From Camelus dromedarius (lineage: Eukaryota), in contig NC_087437.1 of the NCBI RefSeq assembly GCF_036321535.1, forward strand, positions 18,292,001 to 18,356,000: a DNA stretch of 64,000 nt, given 5' to 3'. The notes below the pieces were generated by a model. It searched no databases and was not told where the DNA came from. It saw only the letters and a list, made by a program, of their open reading frames with translations. A program made the position numbers and the translations under genes. Of this stretch, positions 1 through 12,429 are shown one piece after another. The number at the start of each line of letters is the position of its first letter. The stretch's first letter is position 1.

Positions 1-3000
1 GTCCTCAAACCAAAGTCAGCCACTAGAGGAGTCCTGTGTCCCCCAGGAATGGGTCCACCTCAGTATTCTTCCTACACACTATCACTGCTGGGAGAAGCCT
101 GTGGGAGGAGTGGCCTCAGCACAACTCAGTGATATATTATTTCATGTCGTTGTGTGGTAGCCGCATGGGTCACTCATGCTGTCTCAGCACAGAAGCAGTG
201 ATTGGAAAGGACCCTGGGTAAGACCGAATTGCTGATCTTAGAGATCCTCTTGGAGAGATAGAAGGCAATTGGGACTCCTCTTGGGGACACAGATGCTGGC
301 AGCAACCATTTTGGGAGCTTGTCTACCACAAGGACACAGGTGCAGACAAGTACCATGCTGGAGTCCTCCCTCTAGCCTGTAAGGAGCTAGCTGGGGGCTT
401 CCCTGCTCACCAGCCAGCCAGCACCAGTCCTGGGCCTCCCCAGCCACACAGCCAGCCACCCCCGGACCAAGATCTTCTCATCAGTGGGTCAGCACCAGCC
501 TCAGACCCCTCTGGCCCACAGCCAGCTGATCCAGAATCCCTGGGCCCCATGGCCAACCATACCAGGGCCCAGCCCTGCACATCGGGAGGCCAGCACCAGA
601 CCTAGGATGCCTCCCCCTCCAGATTATGCACCCAGCCACACTGGGACCCAGCCCACCTCCCAGCAGGCCAGCACCAGCCTGGAACATCCTGGACCACACA
701 GCCAGCCATGCCAAGACCTGGCCCCAGCTACTAGTGCACCCACATTAGGCAGCCCCATCACAACAGAAGGACTCATACAGCTCACACAGCTGGCACCCCT
801 AGAGCTTAGAGCTCTGGTGACCAGAGAGGAGTGTGCTGCTGGGTCCTATAGGAGTCTCCTACATAAGACCACTTCTCCAAGATCAGTAAACATAACCAAT
901 CTTTCTAATATATAGAAATGAACTCAGAAAATTAGGCAAAATTGGGAGACATTTTGACATACTCCTCTAAGGAAACAGGAATATGTTGCAAGTGAAGGAA
1001 CAAAACTCCAGGAGAACGAAGCAAACTGGAGATGAGCAATCTAACTAATAAAGAGTTCAAGGTAATGAACATAAAGATGCTAAAGAAATACAGGAGAAGA
1101 ATAGATGGACACAGTGAGAAGTTTAACAGAGAGTTAAAGACTGTAAAGAAGAACCAAACAGAGCTAAAGAATACAATAAGTGAAATAAAAAATACACTAC
1201 AAGGAATCAGCCATAGGTTAGATGATGCAGAGGGAACGGATCCATGAACTGAAAGACAGAATAGTGGAAATCACCCAAGCAGAACAGAAAAAAAAATTTT
1301 TTTAAAAATGAAGATAGGTTAAGAGACCTCTGAGACAATATCAAGCATACTAACATTTGCATTAAAGGAGTCCCAGAAGGAGAAGAGAGAGAGAAAGGGG
1401 CAGAGAACTTATTTGAAGAAATAATTGCTGAAAATTCCCTAACCGGGGAAAGAAAACAAAAATTCAGGTCCAGGATGCACAGAGTCCCAAACAAGATGAA
1501 CCCAAAGAGGTCTACACATTATAATTAAAATGGCAAAATTAAAGATAGAGAATCTCAAAAACAGCAAGAGAAAAACAACTAGTTACATACAAGGAAACTC
1601 CCATAAGACTATAAGCTGACTTTTCAGCAGAAACTTTTCAGGTCAGAAGGGAGTGACACAACATGAAAAGATGCTAAAATTACTAATTATCAGGAAAATG
1701 CAACTCAAAACCACAATGAGATATTACCTCACACCTGTCAGAATGGCTATTATCAAAGAGACAACAAGTAGCAAGTGTTGGTGAAGATGTGGAGAAAAGA
1801 AAGCCCTTGTGCACTGTTGGGGGAATGTAAATTGGTACAGCCACCCTGGAAAACATTTTAGAGGTTTCTTAAAAAATTAAAAACAGAACTAGTATATAAT
1901 CCAGCAATTCCACTTTTAAGTATTTTTCCAAAGAATACAAAAATACTAATTCAAAAAGACATATTAACCCCTATGTTCATTGCAGCATTAATTATAAAAG
2001 CTATGGAAAGAACCTAAGTATCCATTGATAGATGAATTGATAAAGAAGATGTGGTACATATATGCAATGGAATATTATTCAGCCATAAAAAAGAATTGGG
2101 GGAGGGTATAGCTCAAGTGGTAGAGCACATGCTTAGCATACCAAGGTCCTAGGTTCAGTCCCCAGTGCCTCCCCTAAAAATAAATAAATAAACCTAGTTT
2201 CCTCCCCCCCCAAAAAATGAGATCTTGCCATCTGCAATAACATTGATAGACTCAGAGGGAATTATGCTCTGTGAAATAAGGCAAAGAAAAATACCACATG
2301 ATGTCAGTTATGTGTGGAATCTAAAAACAAAACAAACAAGCTTAATACAACAGAAATAGATTCATAGATACAGAGAACAAACTGATAGTTGCCAGAAGGG
2401 AGGGGGTGGGGGAATGAGTGAAATAGATGAGGGAGCTTAAGAGGTACAAACTTCCATATACAAAATAAATGAGTCATGGGTATGAAATGTTCCGTGTGGG
2501 GAATGAAGTTAATAATAATGTAACATCTTTCTATGGTGACAGATGGTAACTAGAATTAACCTGGCGATCATTTTGAAATGTACAGAAATATCAAATCACT
2601 ATGTTGTAACCAGGAACCAATATAGTATTGTAGGTCAATTATACTTCAAAACAAACAAACTTACAGAAAAAGAAATCTGAAATGTGATTATCAGAGGTGA
2701 GGTGGGGGAGGGGGATTGGATAAAGGTAACCAAAAGTTACAAACTTCCAGTTATAAGATAAATAAGTACTGGTGATATAATGTACAATATAATAAATATA
2801 ATTAACAGTGCTGTATGGTATATATGTAAGTTGTTAAGAGAGTAAATCCTAAGAGTTTTCATCACAAGGAAAAAAATTTTTCTTTTCTTTTTCTTTTTTT
2901 TCCTATCTATATGAGATGTTAGATAGTCACTAAACTTATTGTGATAATCATCTTACTATGTATGTGTCAAATTATTATACTGTGCACATTAAGCTCTATA

Positions 3001-3050
3001 GCCCTCTATGTCAATTACATCTCAATGAAACTGGAAGGGAAAAAAAGAAT
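1..3050 (+). mobile_element. L1 LINE, degenerate and internally deleted (5'UTR, ORF1 remnant, ORF2 C-terminal remnant, 3'UTR with two similar modules, A-tail)
   Basis: GC-rich 5'UTR-like sequence 1-900. ORF1-like peptide at 1032-1247 (KEFKVMNIKMLKK...NQTELKNTISEIKNTLQGI). ORF2 3' signature from ~1665 (GAAAATGCAACTCAAAACCACAATGAGATA). G-rich 3'UTR modules at ~2360-2650 and ~2660-3045. Confidence 0.9.
2098..2217 (+). mobile_element. tRNA-derived SINE (camelid Vic-1-like) inserted in L1
   Basis: GGGGGAGGGTATAGCTCAAGTGGTAGAGC A-box, GGTTCAGTCCC B-box and a (TAAA)n tail. It interrupts the L1 sequence AAAAAGAAT|GAGATCTTGCCA. Confidence 0.9.
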
Positions 3051-4811
3051 ATAAAGAAAAAATATCCAGCATCCGAGAAAGCAAAATTCAGTGTGTCACA
3101 TCTGATCAAAATTACCATGCATGCAAAGAAGTGGAAAATACAACTTATAATGAAAAGTAAACCCAATCAGTTGACCAACCCAGAACTGAACCATGTTAAA
3201 ATTAGAAAAAAAAATATTAAAAGTTATTATTAAAATATTATTATGTTCAAAAAGCTAAGAAGAGACATGGAAGTATAAAAAAGACCCAAGTTAAACTAGA
3301 GATTAAAGCTACAGTGTTAGAGATGAACAATATATTGATGAGATAAGTGGCAGATTTGAAATTGCAGAAGAAAAGAATATCCTTGACATAGCAATAGAAA
3401 TATGAAAGACATAACAATAGAAGTCATCCAGAAAGAAAAAGGAACTTTTTTAAATGAACAGAAGAGCAGTCAGTGAACTATGGAACAACCTCAAGCTGTC
3501 TGATATATGTGTAATTGGAATCCCTGAAGAAGGATACAGAGAGTGGTGATAGAGAAAATAGTTGTAAAAATAATGCCAAAATGTTTCCAAATTTGATGTA
3601 AATTATATATATAAAGCCACAGATCCAAGAGATTAACTAACCTCCAGCATAAGAAGCATGAAGAAAAGTACACCAAGACACATCATAATAAAATTGCTCA
3701 GAACCAGGGTAAAGAGAAAATTCTAAAAAGCAATCAGAGAAAAAAATCCTCACATTACAAAGAGGAACTAAGGAAAGGATGGCATTATTCCTTCACTGTC
3801 AAAAACGATGTAAAAGAGAAGACAGTGAAGCAACATTTCAAAGTACTGAACAGCACCAGCAACAACAACACAAACTGTCAACCTAGAATTCTGTTCCCAG
3901 TGAAAATAACTTTCAAGTTGAAGGCAAAATAGAGATTTTTTTTAGCTATACAAAAGCTGAAAGGATTAATCACGAGCAAACCTGCACCACAGGAAAATGT
4001 TAAATGAAGTCCTTGAGGTAGAAGAAAAATTATACCAGGAAATATGAATCTGTACAAGGGAATGAAGAACACCAAAAATGGTAACTACATGGATAAACAT
4101 ACAAGCATTTTTCTTATTTCAGTTCCTTTAAAATATAATTCACTGTTTAAATAAAAATCAAAGTAATACCATTTGGAGTTTATAACACATAAAAATAAAA
4201 TGTGTATCAAAATGGCATAAAGGCTGGGAGGGAAGCAATGGAAGTGTATTATTATAAGGTTCTTACACTCCGTGGGAAGTGGTATAATATCCTTGATAAA
4301 CTGTCATAACTTAAAGATGTACACTATAAATGCTAAAGCATCCACTAAAATAACACAACAAAGCTTATAGCTAATAAGGCAACAAAAGAGAAAATTGAAT
4401 CATATTTTTGAATATTAATTGAATCAAAATATTCAATTAATCCAAAATCAGCCAGAAACGGAAGAAGAGGTGAACAAAAAGCAGGAGCAATTTTTAAAAT
4501 TAATAAGATGAGAGACTTAAAATTAACTGTATCAATAATCAAAAAATGAAATGGGGAGAAAATAGAGAGCACATATGCAAAAAAATTACTCTTCTCAGTA
4601 GCTGTATTTTTCTGAGATTTGTATGTGCATATTACAGGTTAAAGTAAATGAGCCATTATAGGAAATTCTAATTCTCTTCTACCCTAGGTCCTTGAAATCA
4701 GGATTTCTGGTGTGAAAGATAGGAGAAATTGGTGTAATATATAAGACGTTAAGGGAAACATCCTGTAATCTTGAATTTGAATTGGAAGTATCAGTATGAA
4801 TGCATGAAGTG

Positions 4812-4849
4812 GTGTGTGTGTGTGTGTGCACATGCGTGCGCGCGTGCAC
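4812..4849. repeat. (GT)n / alternating purine-pyrimidine microsatellite
   Basis: GTGTGTGTGTGTGTGTGCACATGCGTGCGCGCGTGCAC. Confidence 0.9.
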
Positions 4850-5469
4850 AGTTTTCCTAGCTCTGTCCATTGAAGAGGCCTGGAACCAATGACCAATTCA
4901 GTAACAATCAACAACACTTGTACCCAGATTGTGGTCATGAAATATCATGTCTCACAAAGAGAAACAGGGGCTTCTTGGGGAAAATGATTCATTTAATGCC
5001 TGAGAAGAAAAAAATACAGAAGAGTTTGGAGTATATTTTCACACCAGATAGCAAGGAAAGAGTCATGTCAAAATGACTCAGAAGTAGGGGTTTCTACTAA
5101 CAAAAATAGGACACATAGCTTTAAAAGGCAAAAGTGCAACTGACTGAAACTTATTTAATATGTTTTCACCCATAGGTTTTAAAAACTGATTGACCAGTTT
5201 TGGACTGTGATAGGGATTCAATTCATTATCTGAAGACTTGTAAGAGAAAGAATCAAACGTTTATCCTATGTTTCCTGTATAAAATTGCACTATTGGTTAT
5301 TAGCTGTAAAAATAGTAGTACTTTAAAAATTCCCCAAAAAAGAAAAAATACAAAAAAATTTTTGAAGAAAAAAAAGAGAAAAGAGAAAAAATCAAGAAAA
5401 AACAAAAGTAAAAAAATATTCCAACTAGTAAATGAAAAATACATTATTGAATTAGAATATTACTATTTT

Positions 5470-5590
5470 CTTTTTTAATTTTTAATTGAAGTGTAGTCGA
5501 TTTACAATGTCAGTTTCAGGTGCACAGCAAATAAAGCAGTGCAGTTATACACATACGTACATGTATATTTTTCATATTTTCCATTATGTG
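5470..5590 (-). mobile_element. Very short 5'-truncated young L1 3' tail
   Basis: Poly-T followed by TTGAAGTGTAGTCGATTTACAATGT. TSD TTAGAATATTACTATTTT (5452-5469) / TTAGAATATCACTATTTT (5591-5608), 17/18 identical. Confidence 0.85.
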
Positions 5591-6299
5591 TTAGAATATC
5601 ACTATTTTTCAACTCCCAATTAATTACTGCATCTAGACATTGAGCATCAAATGCTGCTAATATCACAAAAAGAAAGAAAACCAGACGTTGTGTGCCTGCT
5701 GTTGAAGGAACACAGCACCACCTATGGTCTTTTCAAAGGGATTTTCCCCAAGTCTGATAAAGCATCTGGCTCCAGCTGCCAATTTGCAGGGAAAACAGAG
5801 GATAAAGGAACGTGCTGAACTGCACCAAGGGCAAGATCCAGACTGTGGAAGACTACACATCAAAAGTCCTGGAATCTTCATTTGAAAAGTGTAAGGAAAA
5901 GAAACAGTGGAGTGAAATCCTGAAGAGTAAAAACCTCTTAAAGACATAATTTTTTGAATGGACGAGACTAAACTATAGTATAGGATTGCCCACAGGTGAA
6001 AAACTATAAAGAAACACAAGAAAGTAATAACTGTAAAAGACAGGGTAATGGATACTTTCGGAAGAAGGAAGGTTATTGAGATCAGAATGGGGCTCTCGAG
6101 GGACTTCTGGGGTAAATGGCAAAGTTCTAGTCATCTGGGTGACCTGGATGACAAGAGTGTTCACCTAATAATTCAGTAACTATACACTTATCTTGTGAGG
6201 TATTCTGATTCTGCGTTTTGTTTGACTTTATCATTTTATTTTATAAAAAGACCTAGACCTGTAACCCAGTGATTACAGACTCCTTAATAGTAAGTCAGA

Positions 6300-7400
6300 G
6301 ACAAATAGTAGAGTAACAAATTGCCCGTTAACATAAAAAGCTTATAAATCAGTAAGAAATTAAACTTCAATCCAGTAGAAAATTAGGGAAAGGCTATGAC
6401 CAGGCAGTCTACAGTAAAAGAAATACAAATAGACTTCAATATATGAAGATATTCAGTCTTATCCATACGATAATTAAAAGCTGCCCTAGGATACTATTTT
6501 TCATCTCTCAGTGCCTGTGAAATTTAACAACATAAGGTATTGGAAAAGGTGTGGAGAAACAGTTACTCTCACAGATTGCTGGGAGCATAAATTTGTACAG
6601 CCTCAGCAGAGAACAGTTAAGCCATACTTAGCAAAATTATAAACCAATATATCCTTGTCCAGCAATTCTATTACCAAGAATTTATCCTAGAGATTTTGTT
6701 GCACATGAGTGAAATGACATATATTTTCATTTTCACTGTGTTTATTTTCAAAGGGTTAGGAAGAATGCAATGTCCATCAGAAGGGACTGGTTTAATAAAT
6801 TAAGATACATCCATACAATGGAATAATATGCTTCCATAAAAAAACAAGGAGGAAATTTATACACAGACATGGACTCATCTCCAAACTATATATATTTTAA
6901 GTGATACAAAGCACGGAAAGAAAAGAATGTGTGGATTGCCACTATCATTCTCAAAATAGAGTAGGAAAATAAATTCAACTTTTTTTTTTAACTGAAGTAT
7001 AATCAGTTACAATGTGTCAAATTCCAGTGTACAGCATATATTCATTTTCATATTCTTTTTCATTAAAGGTTATTACAAGATACTAAATATGGTTCCCTGT
7101 GCTATACAGAAGAAAATTTTTATCCATTTTTATATATAATGATCAACATTTGCAAATCTCAAACTCCCAAACTTATCCCTTCCCATCCCTTTTCCCCCAG
7201 TAACCATAAGATTGTTTACTATGTCTGCAAGTCTAATTCTTTTGTAAATGAGTTCATTAGTGTCCTCTTGAGAAATTCAACTATTGATTGACTCTAGGGA
7301 AAGCAACTGAGTGACTAGGAAACAGACAGGAATAGATTTTTCATCATATGCACCTAATATTATTGGAATTCTGTACTATGTGAACACACAAGCAATTTAA
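6300..7400 (+). mobile_element. Old L1ME-like ORF2 end / 3'UTR remnant
   Basis: Degenerate L1 3' signatures (CAGCAATTCTATTACCAAGAATTTATCCTAGAG; ACATCCATACAATGGAATAATATGC). Interrupted by a younger insertion. Confidence 0.7.
6981..7272 (-). mobile_element. 5'-truncated young L1 3' tail
   Basis: Poly-T followed by ACTGAAGTATAATCAGTTACAATGTGTCAA. Perfect TSD AAATTCAACT at 6971-6980 and 7273-7282. Confidence 0.85.
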
Positions 7401-8654
7401 AAAAAACCCAAAATTTAAATTAAAACAATTGAGTATCCCAGCAATGACTGATGAACACAGCCTTTTGATGAGAGTTCAAAAGTTTGATACAGTTACTAAT
7501 GAAGAATTCAGGAAATCACCAGGAACTTCCCACCTTGTATTCAATAAGTTAGTATGTAGAGAAGTCCAAAATGGACAAAGAAAAGCAACTGAAATGCTTT
7601 GGAATCCTTTGATGTTCTTCCCTAGCCTTTCATCTCCATATTATATATATTAAAAGTAAAGATAGTGGTCATATCAATATTTCACAGCATTCTTCCTTAT
7701 TACTATACTTTTGTATACTTTTAGGAACTGATTTTGAATCTTCTTTATAATTTCACTACTATAATTTATACTAAAATTTAACTTTCTACATTTGTTAAAT
7801 TCCTAGGATGGAGTCAGTTATCTTCTCCCATGTGGTTTGGAGTAATTGGTAGTTGTTGTCAGGCAAGAATTAACACGTTTACAATGTTAAGCTATCACAT
7901 CCAGAATCCTAGACTATTTCCTCATTTATTTAAATAGTAAATTATTTCCTTTAATACAGTTTTCAGTATTTCTTTACGGAAATTTTGTGCATTTTTGTTA
8001 TATTATTTTCCAGGAATGTTTGCATTTTTCTTGTTACTGTGTTGTTGTCTCTATCACTTAAGGTTTATTGCTGTTTTAGAAAAAATGCTGTGATTTTTAA
8101 AAGTGTCTTTGACTCTGGTAAACTTCTGTTGATCTTGTTTATTTGTGTGAATCTTTGTATTTTGCTGTTTTCCTTTCTATACAGATTATCTACATATAGA
8201 TCGTCTGCAAGTAATGTTTCCTTTCCAATCTTTATATCTATTTTCTTTTCTTATTTTATAGCTTCAACCAAGGCCTCCAGTAGGTATTATATTAAACAAT
8301 ACCTGGGATTCAGATGTCCCTTTGATTTGCTCTTGCACCACTATGTTCCTCTCATTTGTCACACTGCTGTAGTTGAAATTTCACAATTATTGATGTGATT
8401 ATTTTATTAGTATTAACTTCCCTACGAGCTCTATGAAAGCAGGAATTATGACTGGTTTTTCTCTTCATTGCATCACTGTGTAGTGTAGTGGGACATATTT
8501 ATCTCAATAAATACTTCTTGAGTGAATGAATAAATGAGTGGCCTAAGCTGATAAAGAAGAGTTAAAAGCACCATAGATGAGGGCCCTATGTTTCTTACTT
8601 TGTTTTTTCTTCACCTATTACAATTACAAGTGTATTAACATTCAGGAGCATACG

Positions 8655-8970
8655 TTTCAGTCAGGGTATTTAGGTTGCAAGCACCAAAACTCATGCTGGC
8701 TAAATTAAATGAGAGGGGAATTTAGTGGAAAGAGACAAGATGGGAACTTGGGATTAGAAGGTGAAAGGAGGGCTGAAACACTATGCTAAGAAACGAGCAA
8801 TTCTGAGGGTGTAGAGTAGATAGTAGAAACTACTCAACAGTTTTGTCTGGGTACTGCCATTGGAACAACCATTTTCATCTTTTTATCTCTCTGATCAAAA
8901 TCCATATTCCAGGGAGGGAGCATCCAACTGGTATAATTTGAGTCACATGACTATCCTTGGACAGATGAGG
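8655..8970. mobile_element. MaLR (MLT1-like) LTR remnant
   Basis: TCAGTCAGGGTATTTAGGTTGCAAGCACCAAAACTC...GAGTCACATGACTATCC resembles an old MLT1 LTR (from memory). Confidence 0.55.
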
Positions 8971-9249
8971 GCAACACCAGTGTAGTAAGTAGGGGTGAAT
9001 CCCGAAGACATAATGTGGTACTACCACCAGAAAGAGGACTTGATGCTTGCGGGTCAAGAATCCTTGACTTCCGCAACTTACAAGTTTTGGGTTTCGATCA
9101 CTTTAAAGGTCCACCTGCAATATCGCCATTTCAGATATTAGGATAAACTAGAAACTAATGAAAAGAGTGGGAGAGGGAGTAACAGGGTGAAGGAGTTCAG
9201 AATGGGAGGAAGTATATCTGAGTATTCCTTTTAAATATAGTTTTGATAA

Positions 9250-10012
9250 CTACAATGAGGTATCAGTTCACACCAGTCAGAATGGCCATCATCAAAAAGT
9301 CTACAAATAAATGCTAGAGTGTGGGGAAAAGGGAACCATCCTACACTGTTGGTGGGAATGTAAATTGGTGCAGCTCCTATGGAAAACAGTATGGAGTTTC
9401 CTTAGAAAACTAAAAATAGAGCTACTGTATGATCCAGCAATCTCACTCCTAGGCATTTATCCAGAAAAGAAGGGAAGTCTAATTTGAAAAGACATAAGCA
9501 TCCCAATATTCATAGCAGCACTATTTACAATGGTCAAGACATGAAAGCAACTTAAGTGTCCATCAACAGATGAAAGTATAAAGAAAATATGGTAAATATA
9601 TACAATAGGATATTACTCAGCCATAAAAAAGAATGAAATAATGCCAATTGCAGCAACATGGATGGACCTAGAGATGATCATACTAAGTCAGAGAAATAAG
9701 TATTATATGGTATCACTTATATGTGGAATCTAAAAAATAATACAAATGATTTATTTACAAAACAGAAACATAGAAAACAAACTATGGCTACCAAAGGGGA
9801 AAGGATCAGGGGGAGGGATAAATTAGGAGTGTGAAACTAACAGATAGACACTATTATATATAAACTGGATAATCAACAAGGAATTAATGTATAGCATAGG
9901 AAACTATATTCAATATCTTGTAATTACCTATAATGGAAAAGAATCTGAATATATATATATATATATATAACTACTTTGCTATACACCTGAAACTAAAGCA
10001 ATATTGTAAATG
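9250..10012 (+). mobile_element. L1 ORF2 3' end and 3'UTR (cetartiodactyl/camelid-type), with internal (AT)n
   Basis: CACACCAGTCAGAATGGCCATCATCAAAAAGTCTACAAAT...GCAGCAACATGGATGGACCTAGAGATGATCATACTAAG...ACACCTGAAACTAA; (AT)n at ~9949-9968. Confidence 0.9.
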
Positions 10013-10019
10013 ACAAGCC

Positions 10020-11270
10020 CTTCGTCTGTGATCTGAGTTGCAAATGTATTCTTCCAGTTTGTTGTGTATCTTTTAACGTTGTTTATGGTGTACGTGGTAA
10101 ACAAAACACCATGTTTTTCTATTAGTTCAAGTCTACTTTTGCATTTTTCGAGTGTATTTTAAGGTTTTCCTCACTATAGGTTTTACACATTTCTCATTAA
10201 GCATTGCTTTTTGTTTTTGCTCATATAATGCTACTCACTTGTAGTTGTGTGTGAAAACTATTGATTTGTGTATTAATTTTATCTTATTACTTTGCTGTAT
10301 TACTTTATTTACATATTGCTTTAGTGGTGTATTCGTTTTTGAAATCCTGGTGTTTTCCACTCGTCTGTATTAGATGGTTCTGCCTTTGCAATTCTGATGC
10401 CCCTCATTGTTTTCTTTTGCCTGATTTGCTGTTTTCACTGATTGAGTGTTGAAATGTAGCAGACATATCTTCCTCTTATTCCTTGACTTTGTGCTTACTT
10501 TCCTTTGATGGGAATGCTTATAGTATTTCCCTGTTAAACAAGATGCTAGATTTTACTTAAAAAAAAAAAAATCAGACATGGGTGTTCACCTTTGTCAAAG
10601 GCCTTTTCATCATCCATGGGGATAACTGTGTTTGTCCTTAGATCTATTACTGTGTGAATATATGAACAGACTTCCTGATATTGAACCATCCTTGTATCAG
10701 TCAGGCTATGTCTTAAAATGTGCTATAGATTCTGTTTGCTAATACTTTATTTAGGAAGTTAGGACTCAATATTCATATGTGAGATTGGTTTGTGGGGTTT
10801 TTGTGCAGTCTTTATCAGATTTGGATATCAATGTTACACTTGCTTTATTAAAAGAAACTATGAACTTTCCTTCATTTTCTCTATTTTGGAACACTTTATC
10901 TAACATTAGGGATTATCTGGCCTTTAAAAGGTTTGGAAGTTTCTCCTGAAACCATCTGAACCAGGAGTAGTCCCTTGATAACTCCTTCTATAGAAATTAT
11001 TTTCACTTTCTCTACTAGGATGAATTTAAATATTCTATTTTCCTAGGAAATTAGTCATTCACTTATCAAATTCACTTGTACCAAGTTATGCAAAGTAGTC
11101 CTATGTTTGTTTGAATACCCTGCTTCAGTGGCTACTTCTCCCTTTTATTTACTTTTTGGTATTTATGCTCTTTCTTGATTAGGTAAGCTAGAGGATTTTG
11201 TCTGTGTGTGTATGAGAGAACTACCATTTATCAACTGTATTACTTATTTATGTCTAATTATTTTCTGTTT
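10020..11270 (-). mobile_element. Old L1ME-like ORF2 remnant, antisense
   Basis: T-rich strand with inverted L1 signatures (TTGAACCATCCTTGTATC, ATATTCATATGTGAGATTGGTTTGT). Confidence 0.7.
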
Positions 11271-11895
11271 TTACCTTGATTAAAAATTTCTGGAAAAGAA
11301 ACGCTAAGTGTCAGAATATATGGGATTCAATTAAATCAATGATGGGGGAAACAGTTTTTAAATACTTTATGTGAGAATTTAAATCAGTGAATTACTTAAC
11401 TCAAAAAAAGAAAGTAAACAAAAAGTGGAAGGCAATAAAGATAAAACCCCATGGTCCTAAACCTTTTTTGAATCAAATGCTGACAAGATGGAAGCCAAAT
11501 TCTCTTATATTGGCTCCTGGATTTGGACTGCCATGAGATGATGAGATCCTGGAACAGTCTTTGGATTCCGTGACTACTGGTCCAAGTTCAGAGCGACAGT
11601 CTCCTCAAGTGGCCCAGGCATTCTAACCAGAGACAGGACAGAGGTGTAGTTTCTCCACATGGATCTTTAAACACGATGCAATAGTAGCAATCCATTATGC
11701 AGCATGAGGCGTAGCATTTGTGCAACTTGATCCCTGCTAGTAATTAACGCTACGCTGAACCATGCCCCAAATGACCTATACAGTTACTCTAGACATCAAA
11801 ATTAAAGCTAAATATAAAATGTAAAAGTCAACAGGGTTATGCTAATCTCAGCAATTAATTGTAAGATTTTATGTTGACCAATGTTTAATATTTAA

Positions 11896-11901
11896 TTTAT
11901 T
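11896..11901 (-). terminator. DBR1: Candidate DBR1 polyadenylation signal (AATAAA)
   Basis: TTTATT on + reads AATAAA on -, ~530 nt after the stop, with ATTAAA variants next to it. Actual use cannot be verified from sequence. Confidence 0.45.
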
Positions 11902-12429
11902 TCCTGAAATCTGATCTACCATCTTCAGTTTCAGTTATATTTGACAGACATTAAGAGCTGACCAGGGAAAATATTTGTAAGAAATGAAAAGAAAGCATAT
12001 ATAAGTATATATACAATAATGACTTAACTCTGTAAAACAAAATATAAATATGCCATATTTTATACATCAAAATATATATTTACAGTGGTAGTAACTCCCT
12101 GAAGGCAAAAATCCCTTAGTCAACTTTGTAGGGCCATCGTATAGAAAAGTGCCTGGTACAAAGTAGGTGTTCATTAAGTGTTTGCTGAAAAAAACTGAAA
12201 GTGAATAATAAATATTCTCAAAAAAAGGGGGTACTTAATCAAGTAATATACAAAATTTTAATATTTATCTGAAACATACAAAGGCCTAAAGATAAAGTTG
12301 ATACCTAACTAAAAGTTTCTTATATAATTTCATTATTACAAAGTTAAGTCTTGAGTCAAAAATCCAATTCTAAAAATATAGTCTCAAAAATCACATATCT
12401 ACATATAATACTCAGACAAGCAACTTGTC

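Larger units (their letters stand above)
3060..6240 (+). mobile_element. Old L1M (L1MC/MD-like) fragments: ORF1-region remnant followed by 3'-end remnants
   Basis: A-rich strand with degenerate L1 ORF1 signatures (CAGATTTGAAATTGCAGAAGAAAAG, TGTGTAATTGGAATCCCTGAAG, TGTCAACCTAGAATTCTGTTCCCAGTGAAAATA). Boundaries are approximate. Confidence 0.75.

Noticed and set aside
484..915. 143-aa Pro/Gln-rich ORF
   Set aside because: It lies in the L1 5'UTR-like region, starts at GTG, and has no recognisable domain or splice context.
2098..2175. tRNA gene (also at 25845, 26745, 37985, 52382)
   Set aside because: The tRNA-like head is followed by a SINE tail and flanked by TSDs, and the stems are degenerate. 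These are SINEs, not tRNA genes.
5336..5420. Lys-rich ORF (5200-5478)
   Set aside because: It is a decayed poly(A) / A-rich low-complexity tract.
7985..8398. 137-aa hydrophobic ORF and similar F/L/I-rich ORFs elsewhere
   Set aside because: These are translations of T-rich antisense L1/L2 remnants.
1..11300. Exons of a neighbouring gene (e.g. A4GNT, downstream of DBR1 in human)
   Set aside because: The region is almost entirely L1/LTR remnants, and no ORF resembles a glycosyltransferase.
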